Under the pieces are notes generated by a model. That model did not search any database, was not told the origin of the DNA, and saw nothing but the letters and a program-made list of their open reading frames with translations. Positions 12,301 through 24,764 of a DNA stretch of 64,000 nt are shown here, one piece after another. Within the stretch, counting starts at the first letter, position 1. The number at the start of each line of letters is the position of its first letter. The stretch covers positions 33,294,001 through 33,358,000 of the forward strand of contig NC_047018.1 in NCBI RefSeq assembly GCF_902652985.1, in the 5' to 3' direction. A program made the translations under genes and the position numbers. The DNA comes from Pecten maximus (Eukaryota).

Positions 12301-15300
12301 CAAGCGTAAAAGGGATCTGACAGACACTTGACAGTACTCGAAGCGCATGCTTCAAAGATTTTACGTAAAACTGATGCCAAGTTTCACATTGATTTCGTCA
12401 TACGTCGAGATCAAGCGGCAGATATGGGGAACTGTTTGTCGGCTTTACGCATTGCTCTGCGATAATGTATTTACATAAAAATGTCATCCTTGTCAAATCA
12501 ACCCGAAACGATTCGCACGTGATTTGTTTGTAGATCAATATCATAACTTATAAACCCATATGTTTCTCTCAAAGACAATATTCTGTTATATAGCCGATAA
12601 GACATAATCATGGGATGGGTAATACATTATTCCATTGTCATGCTGTATTGTCTGAAAACAATCTCATAGTTTAACGATATTGAGCATTGAAATAATTTCA
12701 TTCCAATGGTTTTTAATATATGGTCTTAAGATAATGCCGTTGTCTTTGAAATAATCATGAACTATCTGAAAGTAAAAGGAATTTCTGATAAATGCATCAC
12801 CTTAATGAATAGCTGATTAAGTGAAATAGAGAACATATTCTGAACAGCCGGATCTAGTGTTGGCATTATCCGCATGCCTCATGAACAGTCCTGCTGGCCT
12901 GTTAAGTTAATGTACTGAGTTTGTCAATTCAAAGATCTCCGCCAACCATCGTTTTGTAAGATATGATAAAATGTATGTATGCCTTGTTTACTATTTGAAG
13001 ATAAAAGTACAGCCAGTATAGAAGAGACCTCGGGAAATTGTTGTCGATAGTTCTGGCCAGGTCCGAATCTCTTGTTAAAGGTGTTCCGTCGTGTTTTATT
13101 CCAATTTAAACGTATCGGAGATACAATTAAATTGACTGAAAATACAATTCTTTCAGAGCGTGCAAATCGGTTTTTTGGTGAATACACGTTACCCGGGTTT
13201 CTTTTCTAAATTAAGTCTGATTTTCCTGTAAAATTGGTCAAACCGATCGAAACACGTACACGAAAGACAACTTGAGAATAATTGCATGTATTCATGCGGA
13301 ACTATTGCAGTGTTCTCTCGGTGCTGCTCGGAGGATGACGAATCTGTAGATTGTTTTAATCACTATATTTCCTCGGACGCACCGAGCAAGTTGTCACTGC
13401 CATTAGGTGTAAGACGACTCTTTGTCGATGATGGATCTGCTAGACTAACGAGAAGAACGCGACGCCATGATCGAACACGTGATCATAGTCTTTCTAATCA
13501 ACAACGCGGTAACGGATCCGGATATTGCCCCCGCCCAACATACACCGATCGCGGATTGAGCTTACGCAGTTTTCCTGTCTCTCAAATGCTTGATGACCGA
13601 GGACGTCTGTGATTTGACGGGGCGACACACAAATTGATCATGACACTTTACATATGTTTCCCTTTGAATTTGCAGCAATATTCTTGAAACAGGAAACAAT
13701 TATTTTGGCAAGACATGTCAACTAAATGACCCGTCTTCTGAAAATTGTGTGTCTAGTGTGACAAATGACTGAACATATTTGACATACAAAACATACTTAT
13801 TTTTCACTTTTGACATAGCGTCTGTTAAGATATGGAGATACATCGGTTGTCACGTACCGGAAGTTTTACTTCATGAGGCAAGGATGATTTTGACAAACGT
13901 CGAATCTACACGCCACTAAGTAAGAAGGTTTTGTGAAAACAATTTCGAAATGTTAATATCAGTTCATCGCTACCGACAGACTACTGGGCGTATCATGTGT
14001 ATGAGCAGGAGATACAGTCATGAGGTGCCAGCGTGTGAATGGTCCTATATTGTCCAACGTAAGTCTCAAGTACTTATCTATTATTCATGGCAAACGAAAC
14101 GAGACATTTTCTTGTAGGGGTACTGTCAAAATTACCGGCGGCTTCAATTTCTCCGGGGAACTAAAATTAGATTCCTCCTCGTGTCGGACTGTATAGTATT
14201 TTTATTTATAGTGACATTTGAATTTATGTTTTAACTGCCAATTGTCTTACAATCTGTGAAGAGTGAGATTGGCGCTCGCTACTTAATCAGTGTTTAACGA
14301 ACGACACAAGGGGAGGTCGCTAATTTAGTACAACACGCGAGGTCTGCTCTGTTTGTATGGATATAAATGTGGACTGTGCTGCCATGCGCCCTATAAGTCA
14401 GGGCCTAGAGTCCTGTCCGTGACCAAACGGCTTCACTCCTAATTATCGGACAATTCGAGTTCCCCCTCAGTTCATGCTGAAACATCATTACACCGGTGAT
14501 AAAAAGTGTTGAAAATCTGTCTGTAGATATTTCATCGGCTATCATAAAATTAATCTAAATAAAAGATTTTGTTTCGTTTAAAAACGTCCCTCGTTTAAAA
14601 ACGAAATGAAAGAAATAGCATAAAGGTACCGTCAAGTTAAATGGTATTGTTTAATGTACGCATTGTGATTATTATGGAATATTCATAGTCATTTTATATG
14701 AAAGTTTCTTTTAAAAGACAACGTACTTTTATCATCGCAAACCAACAATTTTGCCGACGTTGCTGTCCAGGTATCACAATTACATAGAATTAAAACTGGG
14801 ACAAATATAATGACAAGGGAAGTAACTGTCAAGAGACAAATCTAATTGCACAGAATTAAAACTGGGACAAATAGAATGACAAGGGAAGTAACTGTCAAGA
14901 GACAGACTCTATTGCTCGATCTTTTATACATTCATTTTCCAGACATGTATTAGTCAACAGTGTGCATTGTCCGTTGAAAGCACCAAAGACACCTAGACCA
15001 TTGTGTATAATCTGGTTCACTATTTCTTTTTAACGATAAGCGTCGGTATGGAACAGTTGTTTCCTTGTGCCATACCTTTTTAACATCTTAACAAGGATAC
15101 ATAGATTCCACCTGCAGCCTTCCCTGGTTCTACAAGTACCGTCTGAAAACTAATTAAAATACAATAACTATAAAGTAACTCGTGAATAATTTATATTTTA
15201 TAGGTTCTAGGATCCGGTGTTTTAGCTGTCGGAGTATGGCTGCTTGTGAAAGACTACAACTCTCGCGAGATTTCTGCGATTGTGGGATCTCGTCTTTTCG

Positions 15301-18300
15301 AATATTTAACGTATGGTCTGACGGCAGGTGGTGGTGCCGTCGCCATTCTTGCCTTTTGTGGTTGCTGCGGGACCATGCGTCAGGACAAATTTGTCCTTGG
15401 ATTTGTAAGCATATTTTCATACATATCTGTAAATATATACTGACGTTTTTGAAAAGTGATATTTAACAGGTTATTTAAAAGATCTTCTTTATCTTTGGTA
15501 GTTTGAACTACAAAATTCTTATTAATTTTGCAGATTTTAGTGGATCAAACGATCTTTTCTCAAAACAATATAGTGAATTGTTCATAAAAAGAATAATCTG
15601 AATTAAATAATTTATTAATTGTTTTTACAAGTCTACCATAAGAACCATAATTATATAACAATAGTTGATTTATACTACTTACTGTCCAAACTGTAAACGA
15701 TGATTACTAATTTAGGTATTTCAACTTATCACCACTATTTTACAACATGTACACAGTATAGTAGTTGCATCAATATATGACATTGTTATCAAAATATTCT
15801 CATCAATAAATGGTGTCACAAAACAAGATTGTTATCATTTACACGATATTTTGGATTTATGGTCGTAAGCCAGGTTTCATTTTGCTGGTCTAAAATCATC
15901 GTAAGCGACTTTACAACAATCCCATATCATTATACTGTGCTTCAGCAGATGAAAAGTAATTCCATGTTACAGATTTTGTTTGTGCAAATCATACATCCAT
16001 TTCCTTATACTTTGGACTAGCAAAAGGGATGTAACCTTCGTGAAATATTGTTTACAAAACAAACCATTTCAGTAAAAAAAACTAAAGTAAATTGAAATAA
16101 ACAAACAATAATCACATCTCATATATTCCTTTACTTGTGAAATCTTTTGGAAAAGAGATGCATGTTATAAAGGTACCTAACAGCCTTAAGGGAAAATTGT
16201 TTTTCTTGTTTCAGTATGGTACCGTTCTAACTCTTGTGATATTGATGCTGTTTGCCGGATTCGCGCTCGGGATCACGTTCAGATCGGAGGTAATTGCTTG
16301 CTAATTGTTATTGCCTAGGTAATAAACATTATGTTAATTTCGGGTGGTAATAGCTATGATTGTGGCCCTGATTGAGTGTGTGCGAGGTTCTATGAGCTTG
16401 ACAAGTACTGCAATCGATGGAGAGATTTACATGTAATTGTAGGCGTCGGCTTGGAAATTACGGCGAATTGTTGCAGACATTATTGGATACAATGTACGTA
16501 CAAAAATACATAAATGATAATTCAACATTTGTATATTGGCAGATTGTATATCCGATTGTAAACTGAGGCTACTGGTCGGCATGTTACAATGCAATACGAT
16601 TAGTTTCTTTTGACGGGTAATAAAAATAATAACGGCGTCCCGAAATAAGCCTGGCCATGTCTCTAGAATGTGAAAATTATAAATCAAGCTGACCTTTATG
16701 ATTTTATTCTCTTGGGTATGTCTGTTTCAAACTTGGAGTTGATCAAACTTAGCGGATTGAGGCCAGTCTATAGCTACCCAAAACTTCTATTACGTACTTC
16801 CTCAACAATAATGTCCTATTCTGATAAAGTCGATGACAAATCTTGACTGACACGGTATATCTTCATATCTCGTATGTTTATTCCTGTTGTAGTCATATTA
16901 TTTGGAACATTTTTTTATTATTGCATATTGAAATCCATATATATATCTTATCTGTGCAGTGTAAAATGTGAACAGCATGAATGGGGTCAGTCTGTCTACA
17001 TCCTTCCTAGACTTCCAGGGCTCCGAGATAATTTTATTCTGTTTTCATTTGTTGATACAATCAGAAAGTTTCCTAGAAATCAACCGAGAAGTAATGAAAC
17101 AGCACGGTGAAAATGCAACAATATTTGATATCGTCCAAAAAAGTTTGGTTTTTTTAAATTGAACACTAGATTGCATCAGGGAACAAGGGTACTGACAGTA
17201 CCGTCAAAGTGCAACAGAAAATAATTAGGTTGCTTTCAATTTGATTAAGCACGACCCAAAATGTATTCATTGTAACAATCCTTACCTTTATGCAATAGCA
17301 AGTGAAGAAAACGGCCCGGTGTGTTTGTATGACGGGTTGGTATGGGTAACCACGCTACGTTGTAGAATTTCGTAGATCACTTATACATAATTCGACTTGG
17401 GTCTTTACGCATATACATTTGGTATAATGAAAACAGTTGCGGAACGGACTTGGGATATTGGCAGCATATTGTCAATAAGGTTTCAATTGAGCCTTCAATA
17501 ATCTTCACTGCATCAAACTCATACTTTAGCTGGTCCAATCAACCTTGTGTGCTGTCGTACGCCAGCGAACTTATTTCAAGACAAACGCTGCGTACATCAC
17601 TGTGCGCATCAGACTTCCTGTGGGCTTTACCACTCCTTCAATGACTCCATTGTGCGGCCGACGGGCGTGCTGTATTCATGTACGAATTTAATTAGAAGCA
17701 CATAGCCGACTTTTAATCTTAGACCTCTTTCACGCAATAAATTAATTCGTACATTTCCTTTTTATTTGTTATTTTTTTCAGTTAAAAGAAGATCTTACTG
17801 AACATTTTAAGTCATCGATTATCAAACACTATGGAGTTGACGTGGAACGAAATTCCTTCAACCGATTGGTAACAGACGCTTGGGACGCCATGCAGAGAAC
17901 GGTAAGATTAAATTAATTACTGAAACAGTCGTTCAATCTAGATTGGAAAATATTATTTCCGGGTCATTAAATAATAACTTGAATTGAGTACACGTAATTG
18001 AAACATAATCACATTCGTTACAATAACGTAACATATCTATTTATTTGAGAGCTTGGTTGGTTGTTGTTGCTTGGGGTTTAGGGTGGGGCGAGGAGATACA
18101 GCAGCCTCAGGTGAATAAGGTCAAGTTTTGTGGTTTAATAAATACAATCACTAACTGGGGTAAATTGAATTTCTCATAGAGCTGAGGTCACGAATCATCT
18201 TGTACTTTCTGACTTGTGTCGTTGGGAACGACACTTATCATGAATCGCAATGGATAGTATATAACGAATCTCCCTCGATGAAGAAGCTACCAGTCGCTGC

Positions 18301-21300
18301 ATGCAAACCCTGCAGGCTCAAAATAACCCTAGCTGTGTAATGATTTACGAGGTGCAATATCATTTGAAAAAACACAATGTACAGTATACGGCAGTATTTA
18401 CAATATTTACAATTATGTCAAACAGTCTTTGGTTATTTTGGTGTGAACAGTTGTGATTTTCGCGGAAATGGAGACATCTAGACTCCTAAAAGGAGAGGTG
18501 TCTTCAGTAAGTCAGCATTGACTATTTTACCTCATAGTCGATCTATAAGGAATAGCCTCCAATCTGAGAGGCACAGATCGAGTATCTGGAAGGTCGTAAC
18601 ACTAATCCCATTGCTGGAAACCAATTGTATTAATTAAGTAATGGGAACCAGATTACAAAAAGGTTTGCTAGGAAAAGGTAATGTAAAAAGGGTATCGTCT
18701 TTGGGATATGGTGGCCTGCTACGTAATACAATCTACTTATTGAATTTAAAGTTTAATGTCTTGCAATTTGTTCGTATTCTAGGGTCTTCTGTTTTATTTA
18801 ACTTCAAGTGATTGGTTCTGGTTTTTTTTTTATCTTCCAGCCATTTCTTTATTCCCCTGGTACATCACTCAGATTTTATCTTTGTATTTTTTATGGTTAG
18901 GTTAGTTAGTCCCACTTGTGGGTAATAGTTATTTCACATTGAACAACAATCGAACATTCCAATACGTAATCAGACACAAAGTGACAATTTAACTGCTAAT
19001 TTAGTAATACATTTCGTCAGGGAAAGCCCGGAAGTGTGAAGTTGAGAAATTCAAGGACCACGCCATTCTTGCCAGTACGAGTAACCCACAACATTCTAAG
19101 ATACACGACTAAGCTTTCCTCAAAACTACATTTACCATACCAACACACACCTTTGTTGATGCCCTGTAATGTTAAGATACATCGACAGACTTTCCCCTCA
19201 GTACATGTCGTGCAACTTTCTCTCCAATCAGGAGCAACCTGACAAAATATACACGGGCCGGTAGTAGACAGGCAAATATGGCTCTTGCATTTGTTGAATA
19301 CATGAATTAGAAAACTATACAATTGTCTTTTACTAGATCTTCAATACTTTTCCACACAGCTCTTGCTTCTACAATCAGTTTTATTTTGAGAAAGAAGTGA
19401 TCGGCCATGTGATTTAACTTTTGTTTTGTCTTTTAGTTACAATGCTGTGGGGCTGTTGGGAACGAAGATTCACTCTTCAGCTGGGCTATATTCAAACTAC
19501 ACAGCGACTGGTACGCTGTGGAAATGCGAGACAAACGTAAGTATATATCGTTTTTTCTTTTCTAGTTAAAATTGCACAGGAATCCCCCCATGAAAATTTA
19601 GTGCTTGGTCTAATTAAAATGTTTCCGATTCCATATTGTGTGATGAAATTCCGGGCGCTGGGAGTTATCACGGTATGTATGTTGCAAAAGTTGAAGCCCT
19701 GGTTTTTAGTTCAGTATAATGGTAAGCTCAGAAAAGGTAGCAAAGGTATTGTGTTAGTATGTTTTCGAAATTATTGACATAATCGCAATAAGATGAGACA
19801 CAAAAGAAACCTCACTTTTTTGTTACTTAGATATTGAAGTTGTAAAATGTGCTTTAACGATTTGTAAATCAACCCTTTACCTAGACTTTGATCTTGACTT
19901 GTTTAAGAAATTCATTTTCTGTAAATCACTCAATTACCTTACCTTTACGACTTCCTGGTTATGCTTCATATGGTTTTTGGTCGCAAACATTTTCATTCGC
20001 TAAAATAAGACAGAAATTAATTAATTAATACAATGTAGGCTACAGAAGCCTATACGTGCCATGTCATAAAAGTTAACTCGCTATAACAAGATAAAAACCA
20101 AAATTAACATGACTCGTTTAAACTGCTGTATAGATTTGAATAAAAACTAGGAAGAAGTTTGGACAAAAACGTGCACTCTAATAAAAACTAATTCGATTTT
20201 ATATACAATGTAAATGTATATCCTGTAAGTACAGTGAAACATTTGGCTACATTTTGTAATAGGATAGTTCATGATTATACCGACAGGTGGTAGGTACTTG
20301 CTAGATGATAAACTCAATTGATCATATCGGAAGAGAACACCAGACCTGCGTATATATAGTGATGAAAGGCACTACATGAAGTCAAACTCCGCTAATGTAG
20401 TGTGGTCGATGTTTTCTTTAAATAATGCATCGCATTGTCTTATCATGGAAAATCCAGATTCCATGCTCGTGTGTACTGTTATTACTGAAAACCTTTATTT
20501 CTAAGGTTGAGCCAGGGAACTCGACCAACAGTATGGCCATGTATAATTGATATGGGGCTATGAGGATAGGGAGGCTTCTCGAGAACCTGGCTTTCTGCTG
20601 ACTTTTTTGGTGTTAATTGATTCCGCCCCTATGTAAGGGTACGACACCGCAATACGACTTGTAGCTCCTTTGATTATATCCAATTCCTTAATCTGAAATT
20701 GATCTCAAAAGAACATGCGGGTAACTTAGATCTAGGAAATGAAGACAGAAATAGACATTTACAACACCTTTGGTTATTGTAGAGTGGATCCCCCAATCGT
20801 CCTGGGAATAAAATCAATACATATTCCCACAGTACCTTACAATAATTGTTCAGTTTCGATGTATTCCGCAATAAAAAAAACGCCTGTTGATGAATTCGTG
20901 TAAACTTAGGTCCACTATAGACTAACTTGTAAGTATTATTTTTCTCGGAGAACATGAATAAAATGTCGCCATCTTGATAACACGTGTGAACAGTATAATG
21001 GCGAGTCCATTAGAAGCTGCCATGCCCCATCAGCACCAAAGGTCGGTGAATATGTGTTCTGCCAATAGCCATGGGGAAAAGATGTTTATATTTATTGACA
21101 GCACAATAATATCATTATATACAGATATCTTACCGTCGTGTTCCGAACATTGACTATATCAACAATAACACGTATGATATCAAGGATTGTACAAAAGATA
21201 CACAAGACAAGATGCACATTTAAATGTAAATTTGACACAGGACATAACACATGATTAATCGAACTGCATCATACAGCTGCTTAGCGTCTTCTTGGACAAG

Positions 21301-24300
21301 TAAGTGATGCAAGGGACCAAAAGTTTGAAAGGGAGGTTCGGAAAATCAGAACTGATGCAAGCGGATCTCAAAATATAGAATGGGGTCAATTAACCCAACA
21401 TTTTAAGATTGATACTGTATCACATGACATGTTCGTGGTGTAAAACATGGTAAACGTGGTTTTCGTGGTTGGTAAGGAACCTCTAAAATAATACAACTAA
21501 TTGAATTAAAGTACTTCCCTATACTTGAAATACTTGAGTGTTGGGTTACATTACCAGAACATGCCAATGATCTGATGATAGCATGATATGATAGCATACT
21601 CCCCTCCCTGCAATAACAGTGATATCTCCGATAACATGCACCCTGTTCTCGCCAAATGCTTTCTCTGATAACAGCTGATAACACGTGTGTGTTTTATCCA
21701 CAGAAAACAGACCGTACGTCCCGGAAAGCTGTTGTGTGATTGGCATGTCAAAGTTGGACTGCCAGGGACTGGGGAAGATAAGGAGAGGGTTTCCCGTAAA
21801 AGGGCCGGGACAGAGCTACGTCGAGGAGGCTAACGATGCCCTTTTGAAAAAGGTGACTTTTTATCCAATTACAAACAGCGTTATAAGTATACATGTGACT
21901 ACTTCCTGTTTACAAATTATATAGATCTGATGCTTCATTTTTTTTTGTCTTCTTAATATCTAAGGTAATATTGATAAGTACTTCCTGTTCAACAAATTAA
22001 GTTGAGAAGGAAACCCGTCGATGTTTTGTTATTATCTGTAGTGGGGATAAGGAAGAGCAATGGTATTCACTTAAAACTATTTAACGGTCATCAGTTTGTA
22101 TTCACTGTCAAAATGCAATCGAGATGACAAATCAATTGCATGGTGTCCGTTACCTGCAGTCATCTGATTACAATCCAGAATTTCAAAGAGTCATGGGAGG
22201 CCACAGGACTAAATGCAAACTGGATAGACAAGATACAGTGGTTTAATAAAGCCATGCGTAGGCTGTACCAGCTACATAAGTTTTTTAAAATGAAGGTGAA
22301 CAGGAGACCCGAACACCTCATTAACGTATTATAGTGTAATATTTCAGTATGCTATCGAAAGTCCATAGCCTTTGTTCATGATAGGTCATAGAATGTCGGG
22401 TTATATTTGTAGTCTCTGATACACGTGGGATGCGGGGGCTTTATACCATCGAGAAGCGTTACATAACCCGTCCAAGCGAAATTCTGTTGAAAGATGAAAG
22501 CAGATAAAATTTCAAAATGATAACTGATATTTGTAATAATCCGTGAATATGTCAAACGTCAATTGACTTCCATTCTCTTTTGTGTTGATAAGTAAAGATA
22601 GACAATGACAGTAAGTTCTGGGTCGCGTCACTGACGTCATTAGATAGGACGGGTTTGCTGATATAAATGCCATTTGGAGATGACCCCCAACACGGAAGGT
22701 CAAACCCACACAGTGTTCCAGCCATTCTATGGAATCTTGTCTATCTCAAATGACGTCTGTGATGATAATTAATTATCTTTGAGGAAATAAGAGAGAAAGT
22801 ACAATACATGTACAAGAAAATCTGCTTTCAAAAGTACGGAAGCATTGATTAGGTGCCGACGGCATTGCAGACACGAGCGTTTATTTATATGTAGCGTTTG
22901 AGAGATAGTCGTGTCGACATGGCTCGTACCAGTAACGATAGAGAGGACCAATGTTCCTTTGCACAATACCAGCAAACGTGTCTCGACATTTATATTACAA
23001 ATTAAAGGGAAAATAAGTCACGATCACATCTCTTTCCATTTAAATATTAGTACGGAGCTATTTTTGTGTCGATAATGGAGTTTTTGTTAAGAAGCATACG
23101 CCATTGATCGATCGATAGCAGTTGGATAGAAAGTATGGTCAGCACACGGACTGTATGTTTCCCTACGGAGATGACCAACTCCCCCAAAGCGGCCATTTTC
23201 TGTAGCTACAAAACAACAATATAATCCTAGTCAATAACTGGTATTTAACATTGAAAAAAAGGCTCGTGCCAATGTCGATTATTCCAACAGGTTCAGGAGA
23301 TATGTAGTCTATATTATCAAATGATCGTCCAGTGCATGCGCTAAAGTGTATCTACCAGAAGGAAGAGAACACTCAAAACTCATTTACTGCACATCTTTCT
23401 GCCCTGACGATATTATATATCTTACTGTTAATCGTGTAGTTTTGCTGTCACTTATTTTCGCGGTTCTATCTAACTGAAACACATCTTTTTGGAATCATTA
23501 ATTTTCGCGGTTTTGGTGTCTCTACTTCTTTGCGTTTTTTCTTACTATTAATAACATTTTCCTGTCATTATTTACGGTTGTTCTCCAAACAATTATTTGA
23601 ATTCGATAGGGGAACGATATCATATATCGCATTTTAATGATTTGATGATTATCAGAATGTTGCAGTTTCAGAATGTTCAAAGACCAATAAATAACGAATA
23701 AATAACTATATTTAAATATTTCATGAAAATAGAATAAAAAATGCTGTTTTGTTTGTTTCAGGGTTGTTATGACCGAGCTCTAGATTACATAGAAAACAAT
23801 AGTATGTACATTACGATAGTTGCTGGTGCTGTTCCGCTTTTACTGGTAAGTCACTTACGTAAACGGTTCTAGTTACTCCACTACCTAACTTACTCCTACT
23901 AATGTACATGACTGTACGTACTTTAGTATTCTATGTTTCCTCTAAACACTTAATTTAATTATGTATTACATCTGAATGCGTTGTTTTTAACAATTAATTC
24001 AATTATGTATTACATCTCAATGCGTTGCTTATAACACCTTATTTAATGATGTATTACATCTGAATGCGTTGTTTATATCACCTACTTTTATTATGTAGTA
24101 TATCTGAATGCGTTGTTTATAACACATGATTAAATTATGTATTACATCTTAATGCGTTGTTTATAACACCTTATTTAAACATGTATTACATCTGAATGCG
24201 TTGTTTTTAACAATTAATTCAATTATGATGTATTACATCTGAATGCGTTGTTTAAAACAACTGATTTTATTATGTATTACATCTGAATGCGTTGTTTATA

Positions 24301-24764
24301 ACACCTAATGTTATTATGTATTATATCTGAATACGTTGTTTATAACACCTGATTTAATTATGTATTATATCTGAATACGTTGTTTATAACAACTGATTTA
24401 ATTATGTATTATATCTGAATACGTTGTTTATAACACATGATTTAATTATTTATTACATCTGAATACGTTGTTTATGACACATGATTTAATCATTTATTAC
24501 ATCTGAATACGTTGTTTATAACAACTGATTTAATTATGTATTATATCTGAATACGTTGTTTATAACACCTGATTTAATTATGTATTACATCTGAATACGT
24601 TGTTTATAACAACTGATTTAATTATGTATTATATCTGAATACGTTGTTTATAACAACTGACTTCTTTGTTCCAGATTGTTGGAATGATAATATCATTCTA
24701 TCTCTGCTGTAAAGTAAAAAACGAGGACGACGATTTCGACGATGGAGATGAAGTGGAGGTATAA
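9201..24764 (+). CDS. Tetraspanin family gene (6-Cys EC2), spliced, 307 aa from ATG 9201
   Basis: Exons 9201-9305, 15204-15404, 16215-16289, 17782-17901, 19437-19536, 21704-21852, 23762-23845 and 24675-24764. All introns are GT-AG with matching phases (0,0,0,0,1,0,0). The protein has 4 TM helices, TM1 Asn (CYNVFLL), AFCGCCG after TM2, EC2 motifs WDAMQ, LQCCG, PESCC, DCQ and GCY, and stop TAA at 24762-24764. Confidence 0.95.
14778..14909. repeat. 66-bp tandem duplication
   Basis: AGAATTAAAACTGGGACAAAT...AAGGGAAGTAACTGTCAAGAGACA at 14786 and 14852. Confidence 0.9.
15204..15404 (+). CDS. Tetraspanin exon (TM1 end, EC1, TM2)
   Basis: VLGSGVLAVGVWLL...AILAFCGCCGTMRQDKFVLGF, bounded by tag| and |GTAAGC. 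Confidence 0.95.
16215..16289 (+). CDS. Tetraspanin exon (TM3)
   Basis: YGTVLTLVILMLFAGFALGITFRSE, bounded by ttcag| and |GTAATT. Confidence 0.92.
17782..17901 (+). CDS. Tetraspanin exon (EC2 helices A/B)
   Basis: LKEDLTEHFKSSIIKHYG...VTDAWDAMQRT, bounded by ttcag| and |GTAAGA. Confidence 0.93.
19437..19536 (+). CDS. Tetraspanin exon (CCG motif)
   Basis: LQCCGAVGNEDSLFSWAIFKLHSDWYAVEMRDK, bounded by tttag| and |GTAAGT, phase 1. Confidence 0.95.
21704..21852 (+). CDS. Tetraspanin exon (PxSCC motif)
   Basis: (Q)NRPYVPESCCVIGMSKLDCQG...DALLKK, bounded by cacag| and |GTGACT. Confidence 0.92.
23762..23845 (+). CDS. Tetraspanin exon (GC motif, TM4 start)
   Basis: GCYDRALDYIENNSMYITIVAGAVPLLL, bounded by ttcag| and |GTAAGT. 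Confidence 0.94.
23945..24661. repeat. 44-bp minisatellite (about 16 copies) filling most of the last tetraspanin intron
   Basis: Unit TTAATTATGTATTACATCTGAATGCGTTGTTTATAACACCTGAT with period 44. Confidence 0.95.
24675..24764 (+). CDS. Tetraspanin last coding exon (TM4 end, acidic tail)
   Basis: IVGMIISFYLCCKVKNEDDDFDDGDEVEV*, with acceptor tccag|. Confidence 0.93.
   Translation: MVGMIISFYLCCKVKNEDDDFDDGDEVEV

Noticed and set aside
13286-13612. 108-aa Arg-rich ORF
   Set aside because: There is no domain signal; an ORF of this size is expected in a locally GC-richer stretch.
16968-17162. Extra tetraspanin exon in intron 3
   Set aside because: The phase-0 reading after the candidate AGs either hits TAG or lacks an in-phase donor, and exons 16215-16289 and 17782-17901 already join into a normal EC2.
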